DNA of 64,000 nt, taken from NCBI GenBank assembly GCA_965116925.1, contig OZ220744.1, positions 4,480,001 through 4,544,000 on the forward strand, given 5' to 3'. Every line of letters starts with the position of its first letter. Within the stretch, counting starts at the first letter, position 1. A program made the position numbers and the translations under genes. Positions 1 through 10,419 of this stretch are shown here, piece after piece. This DNA is from Candidatus Poribacteria bacterium (GTDB lineage Bacteria; Poribacteria; WGA-4E; PCPOR2b). Under the pieces are notes generated by a model. It searched no databases and was not told the DNA's origin. It saw only the letters and a program-made list of their open reading frames with translations.

Positions 1-220
1 TCCGACCAATATCAATCTATTGGTTACTGTCGGTCCTCATAGTCGCGCGATTGGTGAAGGGGCAGAAGGCATCGTTGAGTCCATCATCTCCTGTGATACG
101 CCAAAGCAAGCGGCACAAGAACTGACCCAATATGCTCAACCCGGTGATGCAGTGCTTATCAAGGGATCGCGCGGGATAAAATTGGAGCAGATCCTGGAAG
201 AACTGATGCGTGAAATCTGA
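1..220 (+). CDS. murF: UDP-N-acetylmuramoyl-tripeptide--D-Ala-D-Ala ligase, C-terminal fragment (runs off window start)
   Basis: C-terminal motif GDAVLIKGSRGIKLE typical of MurF; directly upstream of mraY. Confidence 0.85.
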   Translation, partial: PTNINLLVTVGPHSRAIGEGAEGIVESIISCDTPKQAAQELTQYAQPGDAVLIKGSRGIKLEQILEELMREI

Positions 221-354
221 AATTTGATACCTAATAGTTTGGACAGAATCAGGCTTGAAATTGTCGGTTAAGCGGAAGGAAGCGGTTACTTTTTTTCCTC
301 ATTTCTCATTGCTTTCAATTTCCAAAGGATAAACCTTAATATCAAAAATTACCT

Positions 355-1458
355 ATGCTCTACTATCTATTTTTTGAACAATTAACAGAGTTTTTTTCGC
401 CGCTGAATGTTTTTCGTTATATCAGCTTTCGGTCCATTTATGCAACAGTAACCGCGCTACTTATAGCCCTCATCTTAGGTCCCTTCGTTATTCGACATCT
501 GAGACGATTGAAGATTGGTCAGCATGTCCGGGATGATGGTCCCGAAACACATTTCAGCAAGGAGGGTACACCGACAATGGGGGGCGTATTGATCATTACG
601 TCCGTGCTGATTTCAATTTTGCTATGGGCGCGCTTGGATCAGCCCTATATTTTTGTCCTCACTTTTAGTCTCCTGTGGTTTGGTGGACTCGGTTTTTTGG
701 ATGATTACCGAAAGATTACCAAGCAACAATCGCTCGGATTGAAGGGCTGGCATAAGATCTTTTTACAAACAGTCGGCGCCCTTGCCATTGCCTACTTCCT
801 CTACCAATGGGGCCCCGTTCCCAAAGACAGTTTGACCGAAAGAACATCAATCATCATTCCTTTCTTTAAGCAACTGCGTCCAGACCTCGGCGTATTCTTT
901 ATTCCATTTGCGGCGTTCGTCATTGTCAGTGCGTCGAACGCAGTGAATCTTACGGACGGGCTTGATGGTTTGGCAATCGGCTGTACTCTGTTTGTCGCAG
1001 CAACATTTGGGGTGCTGGGCTACCTTACAAGCCACCAACAATTGGCAAATTATCTCGACATCGCCCACATTCCAGCTAGTGGAGAGGCTGCGACTATCTT
1101 CTGTGCTGCGTTGATTGGTGCCGGTGTGGGCTTTTTATGGTATAATTGTCATCCAGCACAAGTTTTCATGGGAGATACGGGTTCGTTAGCTCTCGGTGCA
1201 GCACTTGGAACGATTTCTATCTTGATCAAAGAGGAGATCTTGCTTGTGATTGTCGGTGGAATCTTTGTTGCAGAAGCACTTTCCGTAATCATCCAAGTTG
1301 TATCTTATAAAACGCGAAAAAAGCGGGTGTTCAAGATGTCGCCTCTACATCACCATTTTGAGCAACTCGGTTGGCCCGAGCCGAAGATTGTGCTCCGTTT
1401 CTGGATTATTGGGTTGATTTTGATGCTCGTTGCGCTGAGTACCCTCAAATTACGATAA
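355..1458 (+). CDS. mraY: Phospho-N-acetylmuramoyl-pentapeptide transferase
   Basis: Motifs KEGTPTMGG, GFLDDY, NAVNLTDGLDGLA, FMGDTGS, PLHHHFE; multiple TM helices. Confidence 0.98.
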   Translation: MLYYLFFEQLTEFFSPLNVFRYISFRSIYATVTALLIALILGPFVIRHLRRLKIGQHVRDDGPETHFSKEGTPTMGGVLIITSVLISILLWARLDQPYIFVLTFSLLWFGGLGFLDDYRKITKQQSLGLKGWHKIFLQTVGALAIAYFLYQWGPVPKDSLTERTSIIIPFFKQLRPDLGVFFIPFAAFVIVSASNAVNLTDGLDGLAIGCTLFVAATFGVLGYLTSHQQLANYLDIAHIPASGEAATIFCAALIGAGVGFLWYNCHPAQVFMGDTGSLALGAALGTISILIKEEILLVIVGGIFVAEALSVIIQVVSYKTRKKRVFKMSPLHHHFEQLGWPEPKIVLRFWIIGLILMLVALSTLKLR

Positions 1459-1534
1459 TGGGAAAAGAGAGAAGCCGAAAACGATGAAGATCCAATAATT
1501 ATAAGGTAGTTCAAATCTGTATAAGGGGAAGACC

Positions 1535-2281
1535 ATGCGACTACAGAATAAAATTGCCCTTGTCACCGGCGGGGCGACCGGCATCGGTGCCGCTACAACC
1601 GTGATGTATGCAAGAGAGGGAGCCAAAGTTATCATCGCTGATCTGAATGAGGCAGATGGTAAGGCAACTGTCCAATCCATTGAAGCGGCGGGTGGCTCTG
1701 CCCAGTTTATACGGACAGATGTCTCTCAAGAGGCGGACGTTGCTGCAATGGTGGAATCGGTCGAACGGGACTTTGGGAGACTTGATGTGTTGGTAACCTG
1801 TGCTGGCATCCTGCTAGGTGCAGCGGTGCGTATTGATCAGTTCGATGTGGACGCGTGGGATGCAGTCATCAGGGTCAACTTGAGGGGGACCTTCCTGTGC
1901 ACTAAACATACTGTCCCGTTAATAGAAAAAAGTGGCGGTGGGGTAATTGTGCTGATTGCGTCGGGAGCAGGGGTAACGGGGCCCAGTGCATCTGTCGCCT
2001 ACGGTGCTAGCAAAGGTGGTGTGCGAGGATTGGGATTTACCTTAAAAAACCAAGTCGAGCCGTTGAATATCCGAGTGCACGTTGTTTGTCCCGGCAATCT
2101 CAATACCCCCTTGAAACTCAGGGCGATCGCTGAAATTGCAGAAAGGGGTGGAGAATCACCTGAAGCTGCTGTCGCTGCTGCACAGTCTACTCTATTCAAG
2201 CCGGAAGAGGTCGCCAAGGTGCTGACAGATCTCGCTTCTGATGCGGGGGTAAATGCTGAAGAACTTGTATTTACGAAGTGA
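1535..2281 (+). CDS. Short-chain dehydrogenase/reductase
   Basis: TGGATGIG Rossmann motif, YGASK catalytic motif. Confidence 0.92.
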   Translation: MRLQNKIALVTGGATGIGAATTVMYAREGAKVIIADLNEADGKATVQSIEAAGGSAQFIRTDVSQEADVAAMVESVERDFGRLDVLVTCAGILLGAAVRIDQFDVDAWDAVIRVNLRGTFLCTKHTVPLIEKSGGGVIVLIASGAGVTGPSASVAYGASKGGVRGLGFTLKNQVEPLNIRVHVVCPGNLNTPLKLRAIAEIAERGGESPEAAVAAAQSTLFKPEEVAKVLTDLASDAGVNAEELVFTK

Positions 2282-2521
2282 TCCAAGCTGCTTGTTTTCT
2301 GTGATCAAGAATATGAAAATCCGACCTACAGATTTTCTAGCAACTTGCGTTATTGTATATAAAAAAATTGTTCTCGTTGGCAGCAGCAATTCTCTATTCA
2401 TTTTTTGTAAAATTCTGCTGCGAGGAAATAACTCTTTACATTTTTGGTGACTTTAGTATATAATGAACCGTATATTACTGCGAAATAGAGTGGATTGAGT
2501 CGTAACGAAAAGGGAAGGTGG

Positions 2522-3097
2522 ATGGTTTTATCAGATCGGGATATTGTTCGTTATCAGGAAATGGGGAAGATTAAGATCACTCCTCCCCCGGATCTCGCTA
2601 AACAGCTCGGTTCCTGTTCCATTGATTTTCGGCTAGGGAATACCTTCCGGTTGTTTGAGCACAGTAAGTACCCCTATATCGATCTCCGTGAAGAGATTGA
2701 TCTCAACGAGCTGATGCACAAGATGGAAGTCCCCGATGGTGAAGCGTTTACCATGCAGCCGGGGGAATTTGTCCTCGCGGCAACGCTTGAAACCCTTGAG
2801 CTAGCCGACGATGTGATGGCGCGGCTCGAAGGTCGTAGTAGCCTTGGTAGACTTGGCATTATTGTCCACAGCACGGCGGGGCTTTTTGATCCAGGTTGGG
2901 TTGGGACTGCGACATTGGAGCTGGGAAATCTGGGGCGGATGCCCGTTAAACTCTACCCCGGTATGCGAATCTGTGCATTTACATTTGAAGAGTTATCCTC
3001 GCCGGCGAAAGTGCCTTATCGTCGAAAACCGGGTAACAAGTATGCGGGACAAGTTGAGCCGGAAGCCAGTCGTTTTGTGAGAGATTTGAATCAGTAG
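2522..3097 (+). CDS. dcd: dCTP deaminase
   Basis: MVLSDRDI start, GRSSLGRLG, AGLFDPGW, TLELGN, KYAGQ; ATG 2522 preferred over TTG 2495. Confidence 0.93.
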   Translation: MVLSDRDIVRYQEMGKIKITPPPDLAKQLGSCSIDFRLGNTFRLFEHSKYPYIDLREEIDLNELMHKMEVPDGEAFTMQPGEFVLAATLETLELADDVMARLEGRSSLGRLGIIVHSTAGLFDPGWVGTATLELGNLGRMPVKLYPGMRICAFTFEELSSPAKVPYRRKPGNKYAGQVEPEASRFVRDLNQ

Positions 3098-3322
3098 GTA
3101 ATAACATTGCTAAAAACTTTAGCAGTGATCTGCCCAATAATTCAGCATCTATGGATTGAGGCATTTATATCACTCCACTAATTTTTTGCTAAAAGGATAT
3201 CTCACATAGTAAGCCAATTAGGAGCAAGCTACCTATCAGAGCCAATTCTCTGCTACAAATAAGAAAAAACGAGGTAGAGAAAATTCGGTGCTGACTTTTC
3301 ATTTTAACAGCGATTTACCTAT

Positions 3323-3338
3323 TGGCATATCGCTTGCT
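3323..3338 (+). promoter_or_regulatory. sigma54 (-24/-12) promoter of glnA
   Basis: TGGCAT-ATCGC-TTGCT, exact GG-N10-GC spacing, ~200 bp upstream of glnA. Confidence 0.8.
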
Positions 3339-3538
3339 CTATATCTTTAAGGTGTCCCGTTTTCAAATTCCATAGTTTCCAATAATTCGTTGAGTAGGGT
3401 GTATGAAAGTGGTAAAAATGTCTCCCCTTGAGAGGCTTCTTATAAGCGTTCTTAACGAGCCTGTTGGGCAGTGCCAACCCTGCTTAGTTTAACCATCATT
3501 GCTTGGCTCAATATTTTTAATGTTTAAGGAGAGTTTAG

Positions 3539-4954
3539 ATGACACCAAGTGAAGTTGTTGCGTTTGCTAAAGAAAAAGAGGTCAAAATTATTGACTTTAA
3601 ATTCACGGATCTGCCTGGCCTGTGGCACCACTTTTCGATTCCCGCAACAGAGTTAGAGGAAGATCTGTTTGAAGATGGACTCGGTTTTGATGGTTCAAGT
3701 ATTCGCGGTTTCCAAGCGATTAACGAAAGCGACATGCTCCTTTTCCCGGATCCGAATACAGCCATTGTAGATCCAGTTTGCAAAATTCCGACGCTTAGTC
3801 TCATTGGCAATATTAAGGATCCAATTACCCTAGAAAGCTATAGCCGAGATGTGCGGCATATCGCTCAAAAAGCGGAAGCATACCTCAAAAGCACTGGAAT
3901 CGCGGATACCAGCTATTGGGGACCTGAGGCGGAATTTTTTGTGTTCAACGATGTTCGCTATGGTCAAGATCAGCATTCAGGCTTCTATTCTGTTGATTCG
4001 GTTGAAGGGAGTTGGAATACAGGTGCCGATGAAGGTCCGAACCTCGGATATAAACCGCGCTACAAGGAAGGCTATTTCCCTGTCCCGCCATCGGATACAC
4101 TACAAGATATTCGATCTGAGATGATCCTCAAGATGATCGATTGTGGGATTGATGTAGAACTTCACCACCATGAGGTTGGCACGGGAGGTCAGTGTGAGAT
4201 TGATGTGCGATTTGACACCATGACCCAGATGGGCGATAAGATGGCACTGTACAAGTATATTATCAAGAATACAGCCCGCGCCCACAACCTGACGGCGACC
4301 TTTATGCCCAAGCCACTTTTTGAGGATAACGGTTCAGGTATGCATTGCCATCAGAGTTTATGGAAAGATGGGAAAAACATCTTCTATGATCCGCAGGGAT
4401 ATGCTGGGTTAAGCGAAACGGCGTTATATTACGCTGGCGGTCTCCTGAGACATCTACCCTCGCTGTGTGCTATCATTGCACCGACAACCAATTCTTACAA
4501 ACGGTTGGTCCCGGGCTATGAGGCGCCGGTGAATCTTGCATATTCACAAAGAAACCGGAGTGCGTGTGTCCGCATCCCTGTATATTCTCAGAGCGAGAGA
4601 GCGAAACGACTGGAACTCCGTACACCAGATCCTTCCTGTAACGCATATCTTGCCTTTAGTGCAATGCTGATGGCAGGTCTTGATGGTATTCGGAACCAGA
4701 TTCACCCCGGTGAACCGTTAGATAAAGACCTGTATGATCTGGAGCCAGAAGAACTGGCAGAAATTGAATCAACGCCAGGCTCCTTAGCTGAGGCACTTGA
4801 TGCCTTAGAAGATGACCATGACTATCTGCTCGAGGGCGACGTAATCACGCAGGACGTGATTGATACATGGATAGAGTATAAACGTGAAAACGAAGTTGAT
4901 GCAATCAATCTCCGTCCGCATCCACACGAATTTCATCTCTACTATGATATTTAA
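3539..4954 (+). CDS. glnA: Glutamine synthetase type I
   Basis: [37 protein letters not shown], adenylylation-type DLYDL; AAGGAG RBS. Confidence 0.98.
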   Translation: MTPSEVVAFAKEKEVKIIDFKFTDLPGLWHHFSIPATELEEDLFEDGLGFDGSSIRGFQAINESDMLLFPDPNTAIVDPVCKIPTLSLIGNIKDPITLESYSRDVRHIAQKAEAYLKSTGIADTSYWGPEAEFFVFNDVRYGQDQHSGFYSVDSVEGSWNTGADEGPNLGYKPRYKEGYFPVPPSDTLQDIRSEMILKMIDCGIDVELHHHEVGTGGQCEIDVRFDTMTQMGDKMALYKYIIKNTARAHNLTATFMPKPLFEDNGSGMHCHQSLWKDGKNIFYDPQGYAGLSETALYYAGGLLRHLPSLCAIIAPTTNSYKRLVPGYEAPVNLAYSQRNRSACVRIPVYSQSERAKRLELRTPDPSCNAYLAFSAMLMAGLDGIRNQIHPGEPLDKDLYDLEPEELAEIESTPGSLAEALDALEDDHDYLLEGDVITQDVIDTWIEYKRENEVDAINLRPHPHEFHLYYDI

Positions 4955-5102
4955 TTGGTTGAATTTCTTTTTCAGTTGTAGATAACCATGAGAGTAAAGC
5001 GTAAAACGTAAACTGTTAAGCGTTTTTTTTCGTTTTTACGCTTTACTATATTCACAGAATTGAGGGGTTGTGAGCGTCACCCTTTGAACAAAGGAGAGAT
5101 AA

Positions 5103-5444
<342 letters not shown>

Positions 5445-5477
5445 ACGTAAACCTCAATTCATACAACAGCATAATTG

Positions 5478-5518
5478 TAGGGGGCAATTCCTTGAGGGGT
5501 GTTGTCCCCTATATTTTT
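5478..5518 (+). terminator. Probable intrinsic terminator after glnB
   Basis: TAGGGGGCAA...TTGTCCCCTA stem followed by TATTTTT. Confidence 0.6.
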
Positions 5519-5710
5519 GCCCGCTAAAGCGATTCATGACTTACCCCTCCTCCTCCTCCTTGCCAAAATTACGGAGCACCTCCTTCCCTACATCGTTCAA
5601 GAGTTCATTCATTAGTGAATCCATGAACAAACTGTTTTCACGTTTCACTTTCAATCTGTGTCTGGCGGATCGGGGGCCTGCATAGGGTAATAATTACTTC
5701 CAATTTTTGC

Positions 5711-5740
5711 TTGACGTTTTTTGGATTGAAATGCTATTAT
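5711..5740 (+). promoter_or_regulatory. Candidate sigma70 promoter of ABC operon
   Basis: TTGACG-18bp-TATTAT with extended -10 TG. Confidence 0.45.
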
Positions 5741-5793
5741 TTGTCCTTGTCTTGCCAATAATCAATCTTAGAAATTCAAAGGAATAGAGGTGA

Positions 5794-6759
5794 TTGTCGA
5801 GCATGATTGAAGTGATAAATTTGACGAAGCGGTATGGCCCAACCGTTGCGGTAAATAACGTCTCCTTCGATGCGAAAGCGGGGGAGGTCCTAGGCTTTCT
5901 AGGTCCAAACGGTGCGGGCAAAACCACAACGATGCGTATCTTAACCTGTTACCTCTCAGCAGACGAAGGAACTGCGAAAGTCGCTGGATTTGATGTTTTT
6001 GAGGAGTCCTTTGAAGTCCGTAAACAGATCGGCTACTTGCCTGAAAGTGCACCCCTCTATACAGATATGGGAGTTATCGACTATCTTAAATTTATCGCCC
6101 AAGTCCGGGATATTCCAAAGAGCCAGCACTCCCAGCGTATTAAAGATGTCGTTGACATCTGTGGGCTTGAGAAGATGATCCAAAAGGATGTCGGTGAGCT
6201 CTCCAAAGGCTACCGCCAACGCCTAGGCTTGGCGCAAAGCTTGATTCATGACCCACCGATCCTTGTGCTTGATGAGCCAACCTCCGGGCTTGACCCCAAC
6301 CAAATTATCGAAATTCGGAATCTGATCCGAGAAATCGGCAAAGAGAAGATGATCATCTTCAGTACACACATCCTGTCTGAAGTCTCAGCGACCTGTAGCC
6401 GAATTTTGATTATTAATGATGGGCAGATCGTTGCAAACGGTACACCGGACGAGTTAGCTGGACGGGCGCGTGGAGAAGAGGTAGTTCACATCTCCATCCG
6501 AGGTCCCCGTGAAGAGATCGAAGCAAAGCTTGAAGCCTTAAATCTAGTTTCAGATTTCAAACGGGTCAAATCCGATGATGATGTGTGCAGTTATCAAATC
6601 GTATCCCAGAACGGGAAGAACACGGCAGAGGAGCTCTTCCATTTTGTGGTCCAGAATCACTGGAGTCTGACAGAATTGCGTCAGGAAGCAGTTAGCCTTG
6701 AAGATGTCTTCCGGCAACTGACCGGCAACGAATCTACAACCCAACCTACCACCGCGTAA
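5794..6759 (+). CDS. ABC transporter ATP-binding protein (GldA-like)
   Basis: GPNGAGKTT Walker A, LSKGYRQR signature, LDEPTSGLDP; ATG 5803 is an alternative start. Confidence 0.93.
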   Translation: MSSMIEVINLTKRYGPTVAVNNVSFDAKAGEVLGFLGPNGAGKTTTMRILTCYLSADEGTAKVAGFDVFEESFEVRKQIGYLPESAPLYTDMGVIDYLKFIAQVRDIPKSQHSQRIKDVVDICGLEKMIQKDVGELSKGYRQRLGLAQSLIHDPPILVLDEPTSGLDPNQIIEIRNLIREIGKEKMIIFSTHILSEVSATCSRILIINDGQIVANGTPDELAGRARGEEVVHISIRGPREEIEAKLEALNLVSDFKRVKSDDDVCSYQIVSQNGKNTAEELFHFVVQNHWSLTELRQEAVSLEDVFRQLTGNESTTQPTTA

Positions 6760-6909
6760 AATTAATCCGTTTACTTTTCAGACTGGATGGGACCTAATTA
6801 GATTTAAGTCCCGACTGGAAATTTCCTTGTTTGCAGTCGAAAGCTGACGGGGGATTTTCCTGTATGTAATAGCGCAGTTTATGGCGCGTTTAACATGTGG
6901 AATAAGGAA

Positions 6910-7626
6910 ATGAATAACATCGCAGCAATTTTCAAGAAAGAGTTTAGAAGCTACTTTAATTCGCCTATTGCGTATATTTTTATCACATTTTTTCTCGCAC
7001 TTAGTGCTTGGTTTTTCTTTCGAGGTTTTTTCCTCGTAGGGCAAGCCGTAATGAGAGGCTTCTTCAGTTGGGTGCCGTGGATATTCCTGCTGTTTATTCC
7101 GGCGGTCACTATGAAGCTCTGGGCAGAGGAAAAGAAGATAGGCACAGTTGAAATTTTGATGACGCTTCCCATTAAGGATTATGAAGTAGTCATCGGGAAA
7201 TATCTCGCCAGTTTTTGCCTGCTTGGGGTAACTATTCTGCTCTCCCTTTCGATACCCATTACGGTTGCCTATCTTGGGGAGCCAGATGGGGGTCCCATCC
7301 TCGGCGGCTACATCGGGCTTTTCCTGATGGGAGGGGCTTACCTTGCTATTGGGATGTTCGCCTCGACCATTACGGAAAATCAGATTATCGCCTTCATCCT
7401 TGGGATTGTGATGTGTTTTGGGCTGCTTATCATCGGTGAAGACATTGTGCTTTTCAATGCACCGAACTGGATTGTCCCGATTTTCAGTTATCTCGGCTTG
7501 GGTGCCCATTTTAGCAGCATTCTGAGAGGCGTTATTGATTCGCGGGACCTCATCTATTACTTTTCCGTTATCGGCTTTTTTCTCTATCTAAGCGTCTTGA
7601 TGGTTACAGTTCAGAAATGGAGATAG
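6910..7626 (+). CDS. ABC-2 permease (GldF-like)
   Basis: IFKKEFRSYFNSPIAY, WAEEKKIGTVEILMTLP, ~6 TM helices. Confidence 0.9.
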   Translation: MNNIAAIFKKEFRSYFNSPIAYIFITFFLALSAWFFFRGFFLVGQAVMRGFFSWVPWIFLLFIPAVTMKLWAEEKKIGTVEILMTLPIKDYEVVIGKYLASFCLLGVTILLSLSIPITVAYLGEPDGGPILGGYIGLFLMGGAYLAIGMFASTITENQIIAFILGIVMCFGLLIIGEDIVLFNAPNWIVPIFSYLGLGAHFSSILRGVIDSRDLIYYFSVIGFFLYLSVLMVTVQKWR

Positions 7627-7630
7627 ATCT

Positions 7631-9280
7631 ATGGCTGCAAAAACATTAAAATATGGCGGCAATACACTCGCCTTTATTCTCGTTGTATTTGGCATTGTTG
7701 CGTTGGTCAATTTCCTATCAAGCCGTCGTTTTATTCGGGCAGACCTCACAGCGGAGAAGCGATATACAATTTCGCAATCGACCAAAAAAGTCCTCGATCG
7801 ACTAGACGACATTGTGACGATTGATGCCTATTTTTCACGGCAGCCATCGCGCGTTGCCCAGATTCGCCAATCCGTCCGCGATATGCTTGAGGAATATCGT
7901 GCCTTTTCCAAAAATTTGCAGATCAACTTTATTGACCCTGCGGCAGAGGACGAAGCCGAAAAGCAGAAACTTCGGTTTATGGGGATCCCTGAAGTACAGG
8001 TGAACGTCATTGAGAAGGACAAAGCAGAAGTCGCTAACGTGTATATGGGTATCGCAGTCCTCTATGAGGATAAAAAAGAGGTTCTCTCAGTCGTCCAAAC
8101 AACCGCCAACCTTGAGTATGACTTGACCTCTGCAATTCTTAAGGTAACGAGCGAAGAGGTGAAAACGGTCGGGTTTCTCTCGGGACATGATGAGATAGAT
8201 GTTTTCGATCAAGCGTTTGGGCCGCTACGTCAAGAGTTGAGCAAACAGTACGATGTACGGAAAGTACCGATCGACGCTGGCAAAGCGATTGATCCGGATG
8301 TCGCAACATTAATTATCGCAGGACCGAAAAAAGAGCTGACGGAACGTGAAAAATATGAGATTGATCAATTCATCATGCGAGGTGGCCGGGCACTATTTCT
8401 AATCGATCCGATCCTTATCCAATATGAGGGGCTGAGTGTGAATCCTTTGAAAACAGGGTTGAATGATCTGTTGGAACACTACGGCGTCAAACTCAACGAT
8501 AACCTTGTGCTTGATGTCTCCATGGGTCAGCTTACCTACTCACAGGGGTTCATGACGGTAACAACAGGCTACGCCTATTTCATCAAGGTGCTAAAGCAGT
8601 ATCAATACCGCACCGGGGAGACCTCAGAGGGATTATCGAAGGACAGTATTATCACGAACCAGTTGGAGAGCTTAACGTTGCCTTGGACAAGTTCGCTTGA
8701 ACTGATCCCGCAAGGGGACCCATCTGTTGAAACAATTGCGCTGGCCAAAACCAGCAGGGGAGGTTGGACAGCGCAAAGTCCCTACAACATCAGCCCGACG
8801 AATCGCCAATTCCAACCGCCGGCTTCCATGCAGCAAGTGCATACCGTTGCGGTGTCGCTCTCAGGAACGTTCAAGAGCTTTTATGCAGGTAAAGATATTC
8901 CACCGGCCGAATATAGTGAATCCGACGAAGCGGTGACGGCTAAACCGGCGGAGGAAGAGCGAACGACAAGGACCGATGGCGAAGCGACCCAAATCGTTGT
9001 GGTTGGAAACTCCCAATTTCTACAACAGGGGCAACAGGACGGTCGGCTCTTTTTCCTGAATACGGTAGACTGGCTTACGCTCGGCGAAGAACTGATTAAC
9101 ATAAGATCTCACGGCACCACAAACCGCCCATTGAAAGAGATCTCCGAAAGTGAAAAATTCTTCCTCAAGTTTATAAGCATTGCTGGTGTGCCGCTTCTTG
9201 TCATCGCCTTTGGACTGGTTCGATTTTTCTTGAGAAGGAGGGCGAAACGTTTGGTTGAAGCGTATGGATCAGCGTCATAA
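7631..9280 (+). CDS. GldG-like ABC auxiliary component
   Basis: N- and C-terminal TM anchors, DLTAEKRYTIS, LEYDLTSAI, GFLSGHDE, IDQFIMRGG. Confidence 0.88.
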   Translation: MAAKTLKYGGNTLAFILVVFGIVALVNFLSSRRFIRADLTAEKRYTISQSTKKVLDRLDDIVTIDAYFSRQPSRVAQIRQSVRDMLEEYRAFSKNLQINFIDPAAEDEAEKQKLRFMGIPEVQVNVIEKDKAEVANVYMGIAVLYEDKKEVLSVVQTTANLEYDLTSAILKVTSEEVKTVGFLSGHDEIDVFDQAFGPLRQELSKQYDVRKVPIDAGKAIDPDVATLIIAGPKKELTEREKYEIDQFIMRGGRALFLIDPILIQYEGLSVNPLKTGLNDLLEHYGVKLNDNLVLDVSMGQLTYSQGFMTVTTGYAYFIKVLKQYQYRTGETSEGLSKDSIITNQLESLTLPWTSSLELIPQGDPSVETIALAKTSRGGWTAQSPYNISPTNRQFQPPASMQQVHTVAVSLSGTFKSFYAGKDIPPAEYSESDEAVTAKPAEEERTTRTDGEATQIVVVGNSQFLQQGQQDGRLFFLNTVDWLTLGEELINIRSHGTTNRPLKEISESEKFFLKFISIAGVPLLVIAFGLVRFFLRRRAKRLVEAYGSAS

Positions 9281-9312
9281 AATCCGGCTTCATCGTCAAT
9301 TCAGGTGAGATC

Positions 9313-10314
9313 ATGAAAATAAAACAACTTTTAGTCTTGATTGGTGTGCTTGTCGTTTTAGGTTTATTGGTCCTGATATTCGAGAATCCGTTCGGCAAAA
9401 GTGAGGAGCAGAAGAAGGTTGAGGAGGCTGGACTGCTGTTTCCATACTTTAACAAGGAGAACGTCGCGAAAATCGAGATCATCTCCGCATTTGGGTTGAC
9501 AACCACGATCCTTGTCAAACAGGCAGATCTGTGGCTTGTGGAGACAATGGATAACTATCCCGCTGATCAGACGGCTGTTAAGGAATTGCTTGATAAGGTT
9601 GCCGAGATGAAAACGGTTCAGCGCGCATCCTCAAACCCGGAGAAGCAAGCTGTCTTTGAAGTCGACAGTTCTGGCGTTGAGGCTAAACTCATTGACACAA
9701 GTGGCAACGTCCACGCACACCTATTTGCCGGGAAGACAACTCCAGGAATCTTTTACAGCTATGTCCGCGCTGCAGATTCTAACGATGTCTATATCGTCAA
9801 CGGACATCTGAAATCCACCTTTGATAAAGGCTATCGTTCGTGGCGGGATCGGACGATTTTTTCTTTTCTTAAGGAGGATGTAACCCACTTGACAATCAGA
9901 TCGGAGGAGGAAGAGATCGAGCTGCAGATTGATGCTGCGGGCGTGTGGCAGATGCTTAAACCGATCGTCTCTGCTGCCGATGGAACGGAGGTCGAGGCAA
10001 TCACGGAGTTGATGAGTTCGTTGGAGACCGACGATTTTGCAGAAGCGAAAGAGCTTTCAGAGTATGGACTTGATGTACCGAAGATGTCAATCACTGCCAC
10101 GCTCAAGGATGGGTCAGCGAGAACACTCCTGATTGGGGTGGAGGAAAGTGGGGCATATTACGTGAAGCGCGGGGACAAAGTGCAGATCTTTGAACTGAAC
10201 AAGGGGCGTGTGGATAAGCTGATCAAGAAGTCAGCGGATCTGAAATCTGAAACCTCTGTCTCAGAATCTGGCAGCGAAGAGGCTTCCATAACGCTGGATG
10301 GCGCAGGGGAATAA
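9313..10314 (+). CDS. DUF4340-like periplasmic protein
   Basis: N-terminal anchor, WRDRTIF and LSEYGLD motifs; usual position after gldG-like gene. Confidence 0.75.
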   Translation: MKIKQLLVLIGVLVVLGLLVLIFENPFGKSEEQKKVEEAGLLFPYFNKENVAKIEIISAFGLTTTILVKQADLWLVETMDNYPADQTAVKELLDKVAEMKTVQRASSNPEKQAVFEVDSSGVEAKLIDTSGNVHAHLFAGKTTPGIFYSYVRAADSNDVYIVNGHLKSTFDKGYRSWRDRTIFSFLKEDVTHLTIRSEEEEIELQIDAAGVWQMLKPIVSAADGTEVEAITELMSSLETDDFAEAKELSEYGLDVPKMSITATLKDGSARTLLIGVEESGAYYVKRGDKVQIFELNKGRVDKLIKKSADLKSETSVSESGSEEASITLDGAGE

Positions 10315-10379
10315 ATCCCTCCTCTCCTTCCAATGGTGGCGCAAGTTTCCTAACCTGCGACGACGACTACCAAGACCTC

Positions 10380-10410
10380 AGAAACCGAGCTTTTGCCAAA
10401 AACTCGGTTT
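10380..10410. repeat. Palindromic repeat AGAAACCGAG-T4..A5-CTCGGTTT (copy 1 of 4)
   Basis: Same palindrome at 43011, 48898 and 63906; here between convergent genes. Confidence 0.8.
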
Positions 10411-10419
10411 TTCTATTCC

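Noticed and set aside
6778..7509. 243-aa minus-strand ORF
   Set aside because: Antisense to the GldF-like permease; no recognisable motifs
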